Shown: in pieces, positions 23,700 through 35,639 of the stretch | Position numbering within the stretch: position 1 is the stretch's first letter | Layout: each line of letters opens with the position of its first letter | Assembly (NCBI RefSeq): GCF_001194135.2 | Contig: NC_069009.1 | Coordinates: forward strand, 9,551,509 to 9,600,543 | Reading direction: 5' to 3' | Length of the DNA: 49,035 nucleotides | Origin: Octopus bimaculoides | Lineage: Eukaryota | Position numbers and translations under genes: made by a program | The notes under the pieces: generated by a model | The model's database searches: none | What the model saw: only the letters and a program-made list of their open reading frames with translations | What the model was told of the DNA's origin: nothing

Positions 23700-24976
23700 T
23701 CAGGTTGGTGCAAAAGTGATGTCTGATTTAAAGATCTAAGGTAAAAATGAATAAGCCAATGACTATGGAAATATTTATTCCTTAACATACTCTCCATTGC
23801 TTTCAATGACTTCATTCCATCTTTCAACAACCTTAATAAAAATGCCTTGCTTGTAAAATTCTGTAGGTTTAGAACCAAAATATGAACCCAACTCATTTTC
23901 AATCTCTTCTCTTGTTGTTAACCTAAGTCCATCAAAATGGTTCTGTAGTCCTGGGAACAGATGGGAATCAGAAGGAGCAAGGTCAGGAGAATATGGAAGA
24001 TGAGACAGTATTTCCCAACCAAGTTATTCCAAGAGTTTTGGTCAGTCAAGCTGTGTGAGGACAAGCATTAGCGTGATGGAAGATGACACCCTTTCTGTTA
24101 ACCAAGGATGCTCGCTTTTGGCTCAGAACTGTTTTCAAACAATGAAGTTGCTCACAGTAAAGATTAACATTAATTGTTTGGTTGTTGTCCAACAGTTCAT
24201 AATGGATTATTCCTTTAATATCCCACCATGTACTCAACATAATCTTCTTTGGATGAAGTCCTGCTCTCAATTGTTGAACTGGCTGTCCTCCTCGGCTGAT
24301 CCAAGAACGGTGGTGTTTAACATTATGGTAAAGAATCTACTTCTCATCACCTGTAAAAAGCCTGTCTAAAAATGTTGCTTGAAAGTGTTGCAAAAGCAAT
24401 GATTGACAACAAGCAGCATGCTGTTGTCGATTCCTTGGAGACAGCTCATGAAGGACCCATTTTCCAGCCACTGAAACCTTTCCAATGTGTTTTAGCTGGC
24501 GTACCACGGTTGTATGGGCCACGTTTAACAGTTCTGCAAGTTTTCTAGTGGTAATGGTAGGGTTCTCTGAAACAAGAGCTTCCAACATTTCGGAATCAAG
24601 TTTTTTTGGACGACCCTCTTTTGGCTCTTCTTTCAAAGTGAAATCACCACTTCAGAAACGGGAAAACCACCTCCTGCAACTTCTTTCATTCACTACATCA
24701 TCCCCATAAGTGCTCTGAATAGATTTTGCTGCCACATTTGCATTAACACCTTTATGAAACTCGTAGAGTAAAATATTTCTTATGCGATCTTTAAATGGGA
24801 CAAACATGGTGGTAAAATTTTCTGAGAATTATGGCCAGAAGTTAGATTAATCTGAAAGAAATTAGTACAAATTAGACAGAGAGATATCTTAAAACTATAA
24901 GAAGAGGTTAAAAAACTGATAAATTTGCTCTGAAACATTTTTTCTAGAAATTGGACATTACTTTTGCACCACTTGA
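23700..24976 (-). mobile_element. Full-length decayed mariner transposon (1277 bp)
   Basis: TA TSDs at 23698-99 and 24977-78. TIRs TCAGGTTGGTGCAAAAGTGATGTC / TCAAG-TGGTGCAAAAGTAATGTC. Motifs WVLHEL, TGDEK, HPKKIMLSTWWD, HANACPH and YSPDLAPSD are present with frameshifts. Confidence 0.92.
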
Positions 24977-25329
24977 TATATATATTTGTGTGTGTGTGTG
25001 TGTGTTTGTGTATATATATTAATTTAATGCACAATCAAAAAAGCTACTAATAGTTTCACACTATTATAATATTTAAACAGGCATGTATGAAATACAACAT
25101 GTATCTTAAAGCAATCTTTCATGCTCTATTTATACATTATATACATTTTTTAGAAAAAAGGATAGGAATAAAATAAGAAAAAAAAATGAAGGTTGATGCA
25201 AAAAAATAGAATAAGAAAAAAGAAGCAAAATCAAGAAAATTAAGATCCTCATCCTCCCTGAAAGCTCATTAAATACAACTGTTATAGAACAAAATAACAG
25301 AAAATATGTCAAAATCTGCAAAACAGCAA

Positions 25330-25880
25330 CTCAATACAGAGCAGGTGGTGCCCTCCAATTTGATAAAAGAAGCCTGTCCATGTGTCTGCTCCTGCTAAAA
25401 ATTTCAGATCTGGAATTAAGCAGTGTGTTGGAATTGCTGAATCTTAAAAGAATATGAGATCTTTCTTCTATGCATAAGTTGCATTTCTTAGATCCATTAA
25501 CATATGGCTTGGATTTCTCCACGATTCTCCACTTAATTGTAATATGGTGTGGAATTGCTCTTCAGATTCCATATGTGGCTCACCATCTTAGTTGCATTAC
25601 TTTTATTGATGTCCCAGAAAAATGGTGGTTGAATTTGCCCTCACATAAACCAATGTTTTCAAGAGATTTGACTTGAAGCATAGCTGTAACTTCAGTCTCG
25701 TATGTGACAGAGTTTATTATACATGCCTGGTCAAGTGGTCAAGCTTCATGGTCTTGACAGTTATGACCGGGAGTGGTCTCTTGGTGATTTTTACAAGTTA
25801 TAATGTTCTTCATATTGGGGAAGCAGCTGTATGATATTTTATATTGAGCATCTGTTAAAAATTTTCCTATATTTATGATT
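25330..25880 (-). mobile_element. Penelope-like element GIY-YIG endonuclease fragment
   Basis: CNCQ..PLD..C, IGLCEGKF, IKWRIVEKSKPYVNGSKKCNLCIEE...LLNSRSEIFSRSRH. Confidence 0.85.
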
Positions 25881-26075
25881 TATTGGAAAATGTTTATCTA
25901 AAAGATATATGTGGGGGGGGAGGCGTATACACACACGCACACTGGAAGATATATGTTCATGGTATTATGCAGTGGAATTGAACCTGAAATTATGTTATTG
26001 TTACTGATATGCCTTGTGCCAATAGAAGTTAATGTGGGTTTCTAGTGAGCCCCTATACTGGAGATTCAAACTCAC

Positions 26076-26164
26076 CTTGAAGTCATTGTGTAACGCATGG
26101 CCCACCAGTATATGATCCTTGATGAAGTCACCGACATCTTTCTGTACAGTTTTGAATTCTGTGC
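26076..26164 (-). CDS. REXO4: REXO4-like exon (89 nt), ExoII motif
   Basis: ttcag|(G)TEFKTVQKDVGDFIKDHILVGHALHNDFK|gtgag; phases fit both neighbours. Confidence 0.92.
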
Positions 26165-26384
26165 CTGAAGAGAAATACAATGAGAGGTAATGTACATTTG
26201 TTATAATTATTTAATCCCCAGGTTGAAAATAACTGCAGAATGAATAGATTTAATGTTACAGCAGAGATCTTCCATTTTCACTAATTTAACAGAGCAAATG
26301 AATTAGCAGGGAACCTGAGGAAGTGGTAGACCAAGGAAGATATGGGAGAAGGTGGTAAAATATGATTTTCAGATGTTGAGTCTC

Positions 26385-26645
26385 TCGGAGGCATCGAGAC
26401 TTCTAGCAATTTGCTCTGCTTGAGAAGACACATCAAGCTAAGTGCAATCATGACCAGTGCCTATGACATATGAAAGACACCCAGTACACTCTATGGAATG
26501 GATGGCGTTAGGAAGGGTATCCAGCTGAAGAAACCAGGCCAAAACAAACAGGAACCTGGTGCAGCTCTCCAACTCACCATCTCTTGTCAAACTGTTCAAC
26601 CCATGCCAGCATGGAAAATGAATGTTGAATGATGATGATGATGAA
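26385..26645 (+). mobile_element. RTE 3'UTR/tail copy
   Basis: ggcgttaggaagggtatccagctg...ccatgccagcatggaaaatg...(GAT)n. Confidence 0.75.
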
Positions 26646-26746
26646 AGTCTGAAAGACGCCTATCTTGTATAGGCTAGGTTCCTGTAACAAACCTATGAAT
26701 CATGGGACCAAATCAAACTATTTTAAATAATATGTATATATACATA

Positions 26747-26943
26747 TGAGGGGGTGTGAAATGTTCCTAGTTTTGGGTGATTAGTTGATTATGATTTTAT
26801 TGAACATGGTGCCCTCTCATATTCCCACACTTATTGCAGCAGTCCTTCAGTTTTTAAGCTCTGTCAAAGAACTCAGAAGGCTGAACCTTCAACCAGGCCT
26901 TTTGCAATACCCTTAAAACCAGAAACTTTTCTGCATCCCCTTG
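26747..26943. mobile_element. Tc1/mariner-type MITE
   Basis: TA flanks and imperfect TIRs TGAGGGGGTGTGAAATGTTCC / (rc) CAAGGGGATGCAGAAAAGTTTC. Confidence 0.65.
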
Positions 26944-26954
26944 TATATAAGGTA

Positions 26955-27360
26955 AGGTGGGAGAATCATTGGCATACCAGCTTTGCAGCATTTCATCCAT
27001 CTTTACATTCTAAGTTCAGATTCCGCCAAGGCTGACTTTGCTTTACATCCTTTCAAGGCCGATAAACTAATTACCAGTTGAGTACTGGGGTCAATATAAT
27101 TGACTTTCCCTTCTTCTGGAATTGATGACCTTGTGACAAAATTTGAAATCATTATGGTGGCAAGCTGACAGAATCATTGGCATGCCAGGCAAAAAGTTTA
27201 GTGACACATTACCCATCTTTACGTTCTGAGTTCAGATTCCACTGATGTCAGTTTTGCCTTTCATCCTTTTGGAATTACCAGTTGATCAATGGAGTCAATG
27301 TAATCAACTGACCCCTTGCCCAAAATTGCTGACCTTATGCTAAAATTTGAAATCAATAAT
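26955..27360 (+). mobile_element. Two tandem copies of tRNA-head SINE family B
   Basis: gaatcattggcat...ttctgagttcagattcc...tttcatccttt; homologous to 35640-36830. Confidence 0.75.
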
Positions 27361-27377
27361 ATATATGAAATTAGGTA

Positions 27378-27730
27378 CAGGCATGGTTGTGTTGCAAGAA
27401 GCTTGCTTCCCAGCAATATGGTTCCAGGTTCAGTCCCACTGTGTAGCACCTTGAGCAAGTGACTTCTACTTTAGCCTTGAGCCAACCAAAGGCCTTCTGA
27501 GTGGATTTGGTAGATGGAAACTAAAAGAAACCCATCGTGTGTATATGTGTGTGTCTTTGTCTCCCACCACCACTTGACAACTGGTGTTGGTGAGTTTATG
27601 TTCCCATACGTTAAACAGTTCAGCAAAAAAAGACCAATAGAATAAGTACCTAACTTAAGAAATAATAATTACTGGGGTTGGCTCCAGCAAGGCAACAGCC
27701 CAGTAACTGAAACAAGTAAAAGACAAAAGA
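27378..27730 (+). mobile_element. SINE family A
   Basis: B box GGTTCAGTCCC, core and tail. Confidence 0.85.
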
Positions 27731-27789
27731 AAATATATATATGTATGTATTTATGCCAACATTGAAGATGAACATTAAATGATGATTAT

Positions 27790-27836
<47 letters not shown>

Positions 27837-28243
27837 NNNNNNNNNNNNNNNNNNNNNNNNNNNNNNNNNNNNNNNNNNNNNNNNNNNNNNNNNNNNNNNN
27901 NNNNNNNNNNNNNNNNNNNNNNNNNNNNNNNNNNNNNNNNNNNNNNNNNNNNNNNNNNNNNNNNNNNNNNNNNNNNNNNNNNNNNNNNNNNNNNNNNNNN
28001 NNNNNNNNNNNNNNNNNNNNNNNNNNNNNNNNNNNNNNNNNNNNNNNNNNNNNNNNNNNNNNNNNNNNNNNNNNNNNNNNNNNNNNNNNNNNNNNNNNNN
28101 NNNNNNNNNNNNNNNNNNNNNNNNNNNNNNNNNNNNNNNNNNNNNNNNNNNNNNNNNNNNNNNNNNNNNNNNNNNNNNNNNNNNNNNNNNNNNNNNNNNN
28201 NNNNNNNNNNNNNNNNNNNNNNNNNNNNNNNNNNNNNNNNNNN

Positions 28244-28274
<31 letters not shown>

Positions 28275-28289
28275 TTATATGTATATGTT

Positions 28290-28490
28290 TGTGTGTCTGT
28301 GTTTGTTCCCCTAACATTGCTTCACAACCAATGCTGGTGTGTTTGCGTCCCCGGAAAGTAGCGGTTCAGCAAAAGAGACCAATAGAATAAGTACTAGGCT
28401 TACAAAGAATAAGTTCTGGAGTCAACTTGCTCGACTAAAGGCGGTGCTCCAGCATGGCCGCAGTCAAATGACTGAAACAAATAAATAAAT
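28290..28490 (+). mobile_element. SINE family A 3' half
   Basis: ggcggtgctccagcatggccgcagtcaaatgactgaaac. Confidence 0.85.
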
Positions 28491-29321
28491 ATATATATAT
28501 GTGTGTGTGTAAGAAGGACCTAAATCCTTGAAAAGGATGTTAAACATCCAAATCCACTGGTTCAAACCAAAGCAAGGAATATATATATATATAAAAATAT
28601 ATATTCAATATCAGTTCACTAAATAAGGTATAATTAGGAAAGGAAAAACAGAAGTGCAGATGTTACTTTATTCCAGGTTGGTACATATATATCCAATAAA
28701 AACTCTATAAGTTATTTCCAAGCCTAATTAATTCAAAACAAAATGAAATATAATTTTTTCGAAATCACAAATTAGGCTTTTCCTCAGGAATTCATTATTG
28801 GAATGAATGGGTTCTGCCAACAAAAATATAAAAACCTTTACAGAAAGGAGCAAACAATTAAATTACGATAGAAAGAAATTAACCGAACACCAGACCGATC
28901 AAAAACAACAAAAAAATATAAATATAAATACACTTCAACGTCAATTCAAATAACAATTCAGATTTTATAAATACTTAACAACATATGCAATTATCATCTA
29001 TACAAAACAGAATAGACAATGAACCTACAGATAAGTTAATGAAGAAATAAACATAACATAATTTGCACAGAAGTTTTACCTAGACTGTGTGTATGCATGT
29101 GTGTGTCAAAAGAAGTTATTTTATGGCATTCTTTCAACTCAACATATATGGGATCATATGATTGTTTGTTAATTTCCGTAAAATTGTTTTAATCTCTGTT
29201 CGCTTTGAAGAGAGCAGAAACTGAAAGAGGGGATAAAGTGAAAAGGCGACATTTGCTTTGAAGTGAGAGGAGAAAGTAAAAGAGAGAAGGAGGTGTAAGA
29301 TGTACGTGCATATGAAATAAA

Positions 29322-29379
<58 letters not shown>

Positions 29380-29789
29380 GGTTAGTGTTGTGATGTATAA
29401 CATTTTCTGCATGTATGTGCAAGTGACACTCACTTGCTCTCGCTCTCACACTCACTTGCTCTCGCTCTCACACACACACATTATCTTTCATATACACATA
29501 CATAAATAGGCTCCCCCTCTCTCTTTCAGACCTACCTCTTCCTCTCTCCTTTCCTTACATATCTTCCTCCTTCTCTTGCTTCTCTCTCTCAGTTATTGGG
29601 GGCCTGTTGCATCACAAATATGTACATAATCATCATTTAACATCCCTCTTTCATGCCGTATATCTTTTACTTGTTTCGGTCAAACTGTGGCCATAATGGG
29701 GCACCACCTTGAAGGGCTTTAGTCAAACAAATCAATCCCAGGAGTTATTCTTTTTCTTTTTTTTGTTAAGCCTAGTACTTATTTATAAG

Positions 29790-30800
29790 TATTTATAAAT
29801 TGATTTCCGGTGTGAGTAGGATTTAAGATGTCCATGTTAAATCACCAGATACAACCACAGCGTGATTCGGATTACAAGAGAGCAGAATATTTGATAGACA
29901 CACATTAAATTCATGGATGCTGGCATCAGGAGGTCAATAAACTCCTATTACAGTGCATGTAGAGGAATTAATTGTTATTTTAACAGAACATACTTCAATA
30001 TTATTATTAATATATGACCAGTCATCTATTAAAGAAGAATGTAGTTTGGATTGTACATACACACTTATACCACCACCTTTTTTCTGATCACGAAAAATAT
30101 GGTAGTTATTGTAGCCAGGTATATCTGCACTATTGTTTATACTAAACCAGGTTTCAGAAAATGCAAGAATTTCAGGCATTTTACATAACTTGTTTAAGTA
30201 TAATAAGAATTCATTGATATTTTTATCAAATGAACACACATTAAAAAGGGTTTAAGAGAAAATTATAAATAGTTTTAGAATGTAAATCATTAAAAGTTTG
30301 AAAGTTATAACGATCACACCTTATTATGCTAAATGGGTCAATATTTTCAGGTGTAGCCATTATCAATTCTGTTTATCATGAGACAGAGTCGTGATCTCAT
30401 TCTTTGCATTAAATTCTTCAGCTGGAATATCAGCAATTTTTGCTATTGAAGTGTCAGTTGAGAATAATTGAAATATATATTCAGTCTTCAGGTCTGCAGT
30501 GGCCTCGAGTATGATTTTTTGTTGATCCTACAATTCTTTCACCGTTACTGGATGTGACTTTCGGTGTACTTTTATTTTTTGGGGGAAAATCTGAATTGCA
30601 TTGAAGTTTGCTCGAGAAATTGAGGTCGGGTTCGGTAGTTGACTCACATTCTCATGCTGTGGCTTGTTTATATGAAGTAATTGGGGATCTGCAAGAGGGT
30701 TGAGATTTGGAGCATTCAATTTGTTAGTTAGGGAACCAGTGCTGTGTCTTTCAGAATTTTGGAGATTTGAAAAATCTTAGCCGAAGGAGGGGAAATGGAG
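29790..30800 (-). mobile_element. CR1/L2-group LINE fragment (APE domain and upstream sequence)
   Basis: LAFSETW...RDQKKGGGISVYV...IGVY*PP...VVVSGDLNMD are APE motifs. The YRPP arginine has become TGA. Confidence 0.8.
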
Positions 30801-31029
30801 CCCATGTTGATATCCAGTAGCCTGTTTGATTTTAGTAGGTGATACTTTTTATTTTTTGACCTCCTACCAACTTGCCCAAATCACCCAAGTTGCCAAAGGC
30901 TGAATCTGATTTTTTATGCAATTTCTGAAAAAATATTTTTTTGTAATCTTCACTTATTGTAATCGATAAAAAAAAAATTCAATGTAAAATGAATAAATTT
31001 ATTTATTTATTTATTTACTATTCTTCCTC

Positions 31030-31460
31030 TTTTGCCAATCAACTAATTATGGGGATGTAAACACACCAACACTGGTTGTCAAGCAGTGGTTGGGGACAAA
31101 CACAAAGACACACACATGACAGACTTCTTTCAGTTTCCATCTATTAAATCCACTCACAAGGCTTTGGTCAGCCCAAAGTTATAGAATACATTTGCCCAAG
31201 ATGCCAAATAGTGGGACTGAACATGTAGTTGGGAAGCAAACTTCTTACCACACATATATACATGTATTCTTTTCTCATTTACTTGTTTCAACCATTAGAC
31301 TGTGACCAAGCTGGGGTATCACCTTGAAGAATTTTAGCCAAATGAACTTACTTTTTAAAGTCTATTGGTCTCTTTTGCCGAACTGTGAAGTTAAGGTGTA
31401 TGTAAAGACACCACCATTGGCTGTCATGTGGTGGGGTAACAAACAAACACACACACACAC
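31030..31460 (-). mobile_element. Two adjacent SINE family A pieces
   Basis: Reverse complements of family A body/head (31050-31260) and tail (31270-31440). Confidence 0.8.
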
Positions 31461-31531
31461 ACGCACATATGACTGCTGTAACACTAACTCCACCCCCCCC
31501 CCCCAACAAACAAAAAAGTGTGTAAACTCAC

Positions 31532-31725
31532 CATCCTTGAGTAAATTGGGTGTGATTCCACTAAAACGTGTTCGATAATCTGTAATCTCTGCCATAGGTT
31601 TCACATATTTATCATAAAGACAATGTCCATACTGGTTGACCACAGATACTCGAGCCAGCATATCATCATTACCTGATTCACCAGTGCCAACCATTTCACA
31701 GTCAACTGCCACACATGTTGTCACC
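31532..31725 (-). CDS. REXO4: REXO4-like exon (194 nt), ExoI motif DxE
   Basis: ttcag|g [13 protein letters not shown]...[32 protein letters not shown]...LKD G|gtgag. Confidence 0.95.
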
Positions 31726-31819
31726 CTGAAAACAATAATAATTGTATTAAGAATTATTTCTTATACATGAATTTGACCAAAAGTTTGTGAGAAGGAAACA
31801 ATTGATTATGTCAATGGTC

Positions 31820-32180
31820 ATGCTTCACTGCTACTTTATTTTATCCACCCAAGAGTAACGAAAGATAAAGTTAGTCTTAGTTTTCTATTATAATTCTATT
31901 TACAATCAGAATGTTTGATAGAAATATTAAATCTACCCCAGAATTTCATTGCTACTTTATTTCATCAAAGGATGAAAGGTAAAGTTAGTTTAAGTTTTCT
32001 ATTATAATACCATTCACATCTAGGATGTTTTATAGAAATATTAAATTTACCCCAGTATTTCACTGCTACTTTATTTTATCTACTCTCAAAAGAATGAAAG
32101 GTAAAGTGAGTGTTAGCCCTTTATTGTAACTACATTGACACCTAGGATACTTTTAGAAATATATTAAATTCACCCCAGTA
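31820..32180. repeat. About 3 tandem ~118-bp units derived from SINE family B (minus strand)
   Basis: cactgctactttatt...gaaaggtaaagt...gaaatattaaat..acccccag recurs three times. Confidence 0.7.
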
Positions 32181-32244
32181 GACTGAAAGGCAACTTGAAT
32201 AATGTGCGTGTGTGTGTGTGAGAGAGAGAGAAAGAGAAAGAGAT

Positions 32245-33830
32245 TATAAGTTTCATCTTCTCTCACAATTCCACACACACCAGATTAATTTAATTCGTCC
32301 TTAGTCGAAAGACACTTATTAATGTCCTGTTATTTGTATTTGTGTACCATTTCTCCGGGTTTTTTTCCCCATCCTTGTTTTCATATACATTCGCTGCTTT
32401 CTTCCATGGAATCTAATGTGCTTAGCTTAGATTTTACTTGGGGCTGGCCAGATTGGAGCAGTCTTGAGAAAGATAATCTGGAACTCGTCTGACAAAAGAA
32501 AACTCTGAATGACCCGTGTCCCTTTTTGTATCATCCAACTGTGTGGATGTTTTGCTGTCGTCTGTCACGTTCTTGTCCCATTTTTTGTATTCTTTTTTAT
32601 ATACATGAAGCAGTGTACTTACACTTTGGTCTCTTATATGTAAGTACATATATACTCTTTACTCTTTTACTTGTTTCAGTCATTTGACTGTGGCCATGCT
32701 GGAGCACCACCTTTAGTTGAGCAAATCGACCCAAGGACTTATTCTTTGGAAGCCTAGTACTTATTCTATCGGTCTCTTTTGCCGAACCGCTAAGTTACGG
32801 GGACGTAAATACACCAGCATCAGTTGTCAAGCGATGTTGGGGGGGACAAACACAGACACACACACACACATATATATATACACATATATACGACAGGCTT
32901 CTTTCAGTTTCCGTCTATCAAATCCACTTACAAGGCTTTGGTCGGTCCGAGGCTATAGTAGAAGACACTTGCCCATGGTGCCACGCAGTGGGACTGAACC
33001 CGGNNNNNNNNNNAATTTTGTATAATTCTTTCATTCTTTCTTTCTTTCAGCCCCTTCACATTTACTCCATTCTTTCCACTCTTCTTTTGCTCCCCGTCTC
33101 TCATATTTCCTGGCCTTCCCTTCATTCTCACCTTCCCGCCTCTTTCCCTTTTCTTTTTTTCTCGTCCCTCCCTAATTCTTTTATCCCTCTGCCTCTACTT
33201 CTCTCCTCTCCTTCCATGTGACCGGTGTTCAGCCAAGCCTGACCTTTCTTTCTTGGTTCGACTACAGAGAGATGGTACACAAATCCAAATGTAAACAACA
33301 GGACATTAACAACAGGTGTCTTCCGACTAACGGCGAATTACATTAAGCTGGCGTGTGTGGAATTGTGAGAGAAGATAAAACTTATAATCTCTACCATCCG
33401 TGCAACATCTATATTTCTTCCCATGACTTTCATTTCTTATGTTCCTGCCACAAGGCTTCACTTCCACACACGCCAGCTTAATTTAATTCAGCCTTAGTCG
33501 AAAGACACCTGTCGTTAATGTCCTGTTGTTTGCATATGTATTTGTGTACCATCTCTCTGTTTTTTTCCGTCCTTGCTTTCATATACATTCGCTGCTTTCT
33601 TCCATGGAATCTAGTGCTCTTAGCTTAGTTTTTCCTTGGGGCTGGCCAGATTGGAGCAGTCTCAGGTATAACCAGCCGAAAGTGCAAAGATAATCTGGAA
33701 CTCGACTGACGAAAGAAAACTCCAAATGACCCATCCTTGTTTTTTCATGTCCCTTTTTGTATCATCCAACTCTGGAGGTTTTGTTGTCACCTGTCACATT
33801 CTCGTCCTATTTTTTTGTATTCTTATATAT
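32245..33830. repeat. Three copies of one interspersed repeat: + (32245-32630), - (33262-33390), + (33462-33830)
   Basis: Shared ccacacacgccagcttaat...ttagtcgaaagacacc...gtgtaccatctct. A Penelope-type terminal repeat is inferred, not shown. Confidence 0.75.
32650..33003 (-). mobile_element. SINE family A, well preserved
   Basis: Full reverse complement of tail, body and B box. Confidence 0.9.
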
Positions 33831-34009
33831 ATATATTAGTATTCTTGTCCGATGATCACCCTTGATACTTGAAGAAACAAAATTAAAAAATTGAACTATA
33901 ACCAACTTATTAAATACTTTCTTCATACAGGTATCAAGTTGACTGTCACTTTATACATAGATTAATTGTACAGACACATACATAACTAACTATGTCTGAG
34001 TAATATACT

Positions 34010-35130
34010 TATCATCATCATCATCATTTAACATTCGTTTTCCATGCTGGCATGGGTTGGACAGCTTAACAAGATCTGGGAAGCCAGAGGACTGCATCAA
34101 GACCCACCATTTGTTTTGGCATGGTTTTTACAGCTGGATGCCCTTCCCAACATGAACCACTTTATAGAGTGGACTGGGTGGTTTTGTGTGGCACCAGTGA
34201 GGTCAGCAAGTAACTTGCAAGAAAAAATCCTTTAGTGTGTATGTGTGTGGGGGTGGGTATGGGAAGAAGTGGCTTTGTGTCAGGTAATGAGAGATTAGAG
34301 TGTGACAGAGGGACAGAAACAGGTGTCTTGCTGTAGAGGAGATACATGGTTAACTCAGTCAGAGGGAACAAGAGAGAGAGAGAGAGAGCGGGCAAGAATG
34401 AGAGAGAAAGTGTCAATGTGCTCTCAGTGGACAGGGAGGAGAATATAAATGTTAAGGGTGCATGAATAGGGAGTTCGCATGAATGCAATGACAACTGGTG
34501 AAGCCTACAGTGGCAACAACATGATAACAATAATAGAGCAGGCAAGAGAGGAAGTACAGGATTGGGCTGCAAGAGGGTGAGATAGGCATAGTGCATGAGA
34601 AAGAGGAGATATAGTTTGATTTATTGAGATAGGGTGCATGAAAACTTAATGTTACATGTGGGTGGAATACACAGCACTGCCAGAACTCAGTATTGCTGAG
34701 GTGGGCAAGTTTTCTCAAGGACCACATATTGCCAGACATCTCAGTCCATTGTCATCTCCTCCATGAGGCCCAACATCTTGAGATCAGTCCTCACTATTTC
34801 GTCCCATGTCTTCCTGCGTTTCCTCATCCACAGGTGCCATCCACTTTAAGTGATCAGCACTTCTTTATACAGCTGCATGCTGCATCTGGTTCCTCTTATG
34901 TCAAACTTTCTCTCAATACATTTACACTTTGTCATACATTCACACTGATGTTGCACATCCAACAGAGCATGCTAGCTTCATTCCTCTCTAGCCTACGCAT
35001 GTCTTCTGCATTCAGAGCCCATGTCTCAATACCATGGCGTATAGCCATTCATACACAAGCATCATACAATCTGCCTTTCACTTTGAAAGAGAGTCTTTTG
35101 TTGCCAGCTAAGCTAATAGCTCTCTGAACT
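34010..35130 (-). mobile_element. RTE LINE 3' end (~1.1 kb)
   Basis: The ORF C-terminal region is homologous to 9400-9680, followed by the 3'UTR and (GAT)n tail. Confidence 0.85.
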
Positions 35131-35639
35131 TCTTCTATCCTCTTCTTCATACATGTGAGTATCATCATTATCATTTAACATCATGTTCCATGCTAGCATG
35201 AGTTGGATGGTTTGACAAGGACACAATGGGCCCAAGGATTACCTCATGCACCAGTGTCAGCTTTGGCATGGTTTCCATGGTTGGATGCCCTTCCTAATGC
35301 CAACCACTTTACTGTGTGTATTGGGTACTATTTTCAAGCCCTCAGTTCTAGTGAGGTTCCTAAGCAAGACTACAAACCTCAAGTGGGGAGGGGAAATTTT
35401 ATGCTATGAGAATAAGGAGAGGAGTAAAGTATGAGAGGAAAGGGCTAGAATAGGTTTCTTGTTGAAAAGGAGCAATATGACTACTCATGTCTTAGAGAAG
35501 AGAGGGACAGAAATTGATGATGAGGCGTCAGAGTATAAATGTATATATTATCATTTTACATCTGCTTTTCCATGCTGGCATGGGTTGGATGGTTTGACAG
35601 GATCTGAGATTCATTTACGGGGCCAAATGACCATTAAAA

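Noticed and set aside
28560-29130. AT-rich stretch as a NUMT or hidden exon
   Set aside because: No recognisable mitochondrial gene, ORF or splice-phase support.
31362-31531. C-terminal half of ORF 31362-31724 as coding
   Set aside because: It lies past the G|GTGAG donor and is read-through into intron, SINE and (TG)n sequence.
33700-33735. Hammerhead at CTGACGA-AAGAAAACTCC-AAA, and a similar CTGACGAAAGATC near 41358-41372 (-)
   Set aside because: I could not build stems I-III with an intact core, so these are not called.
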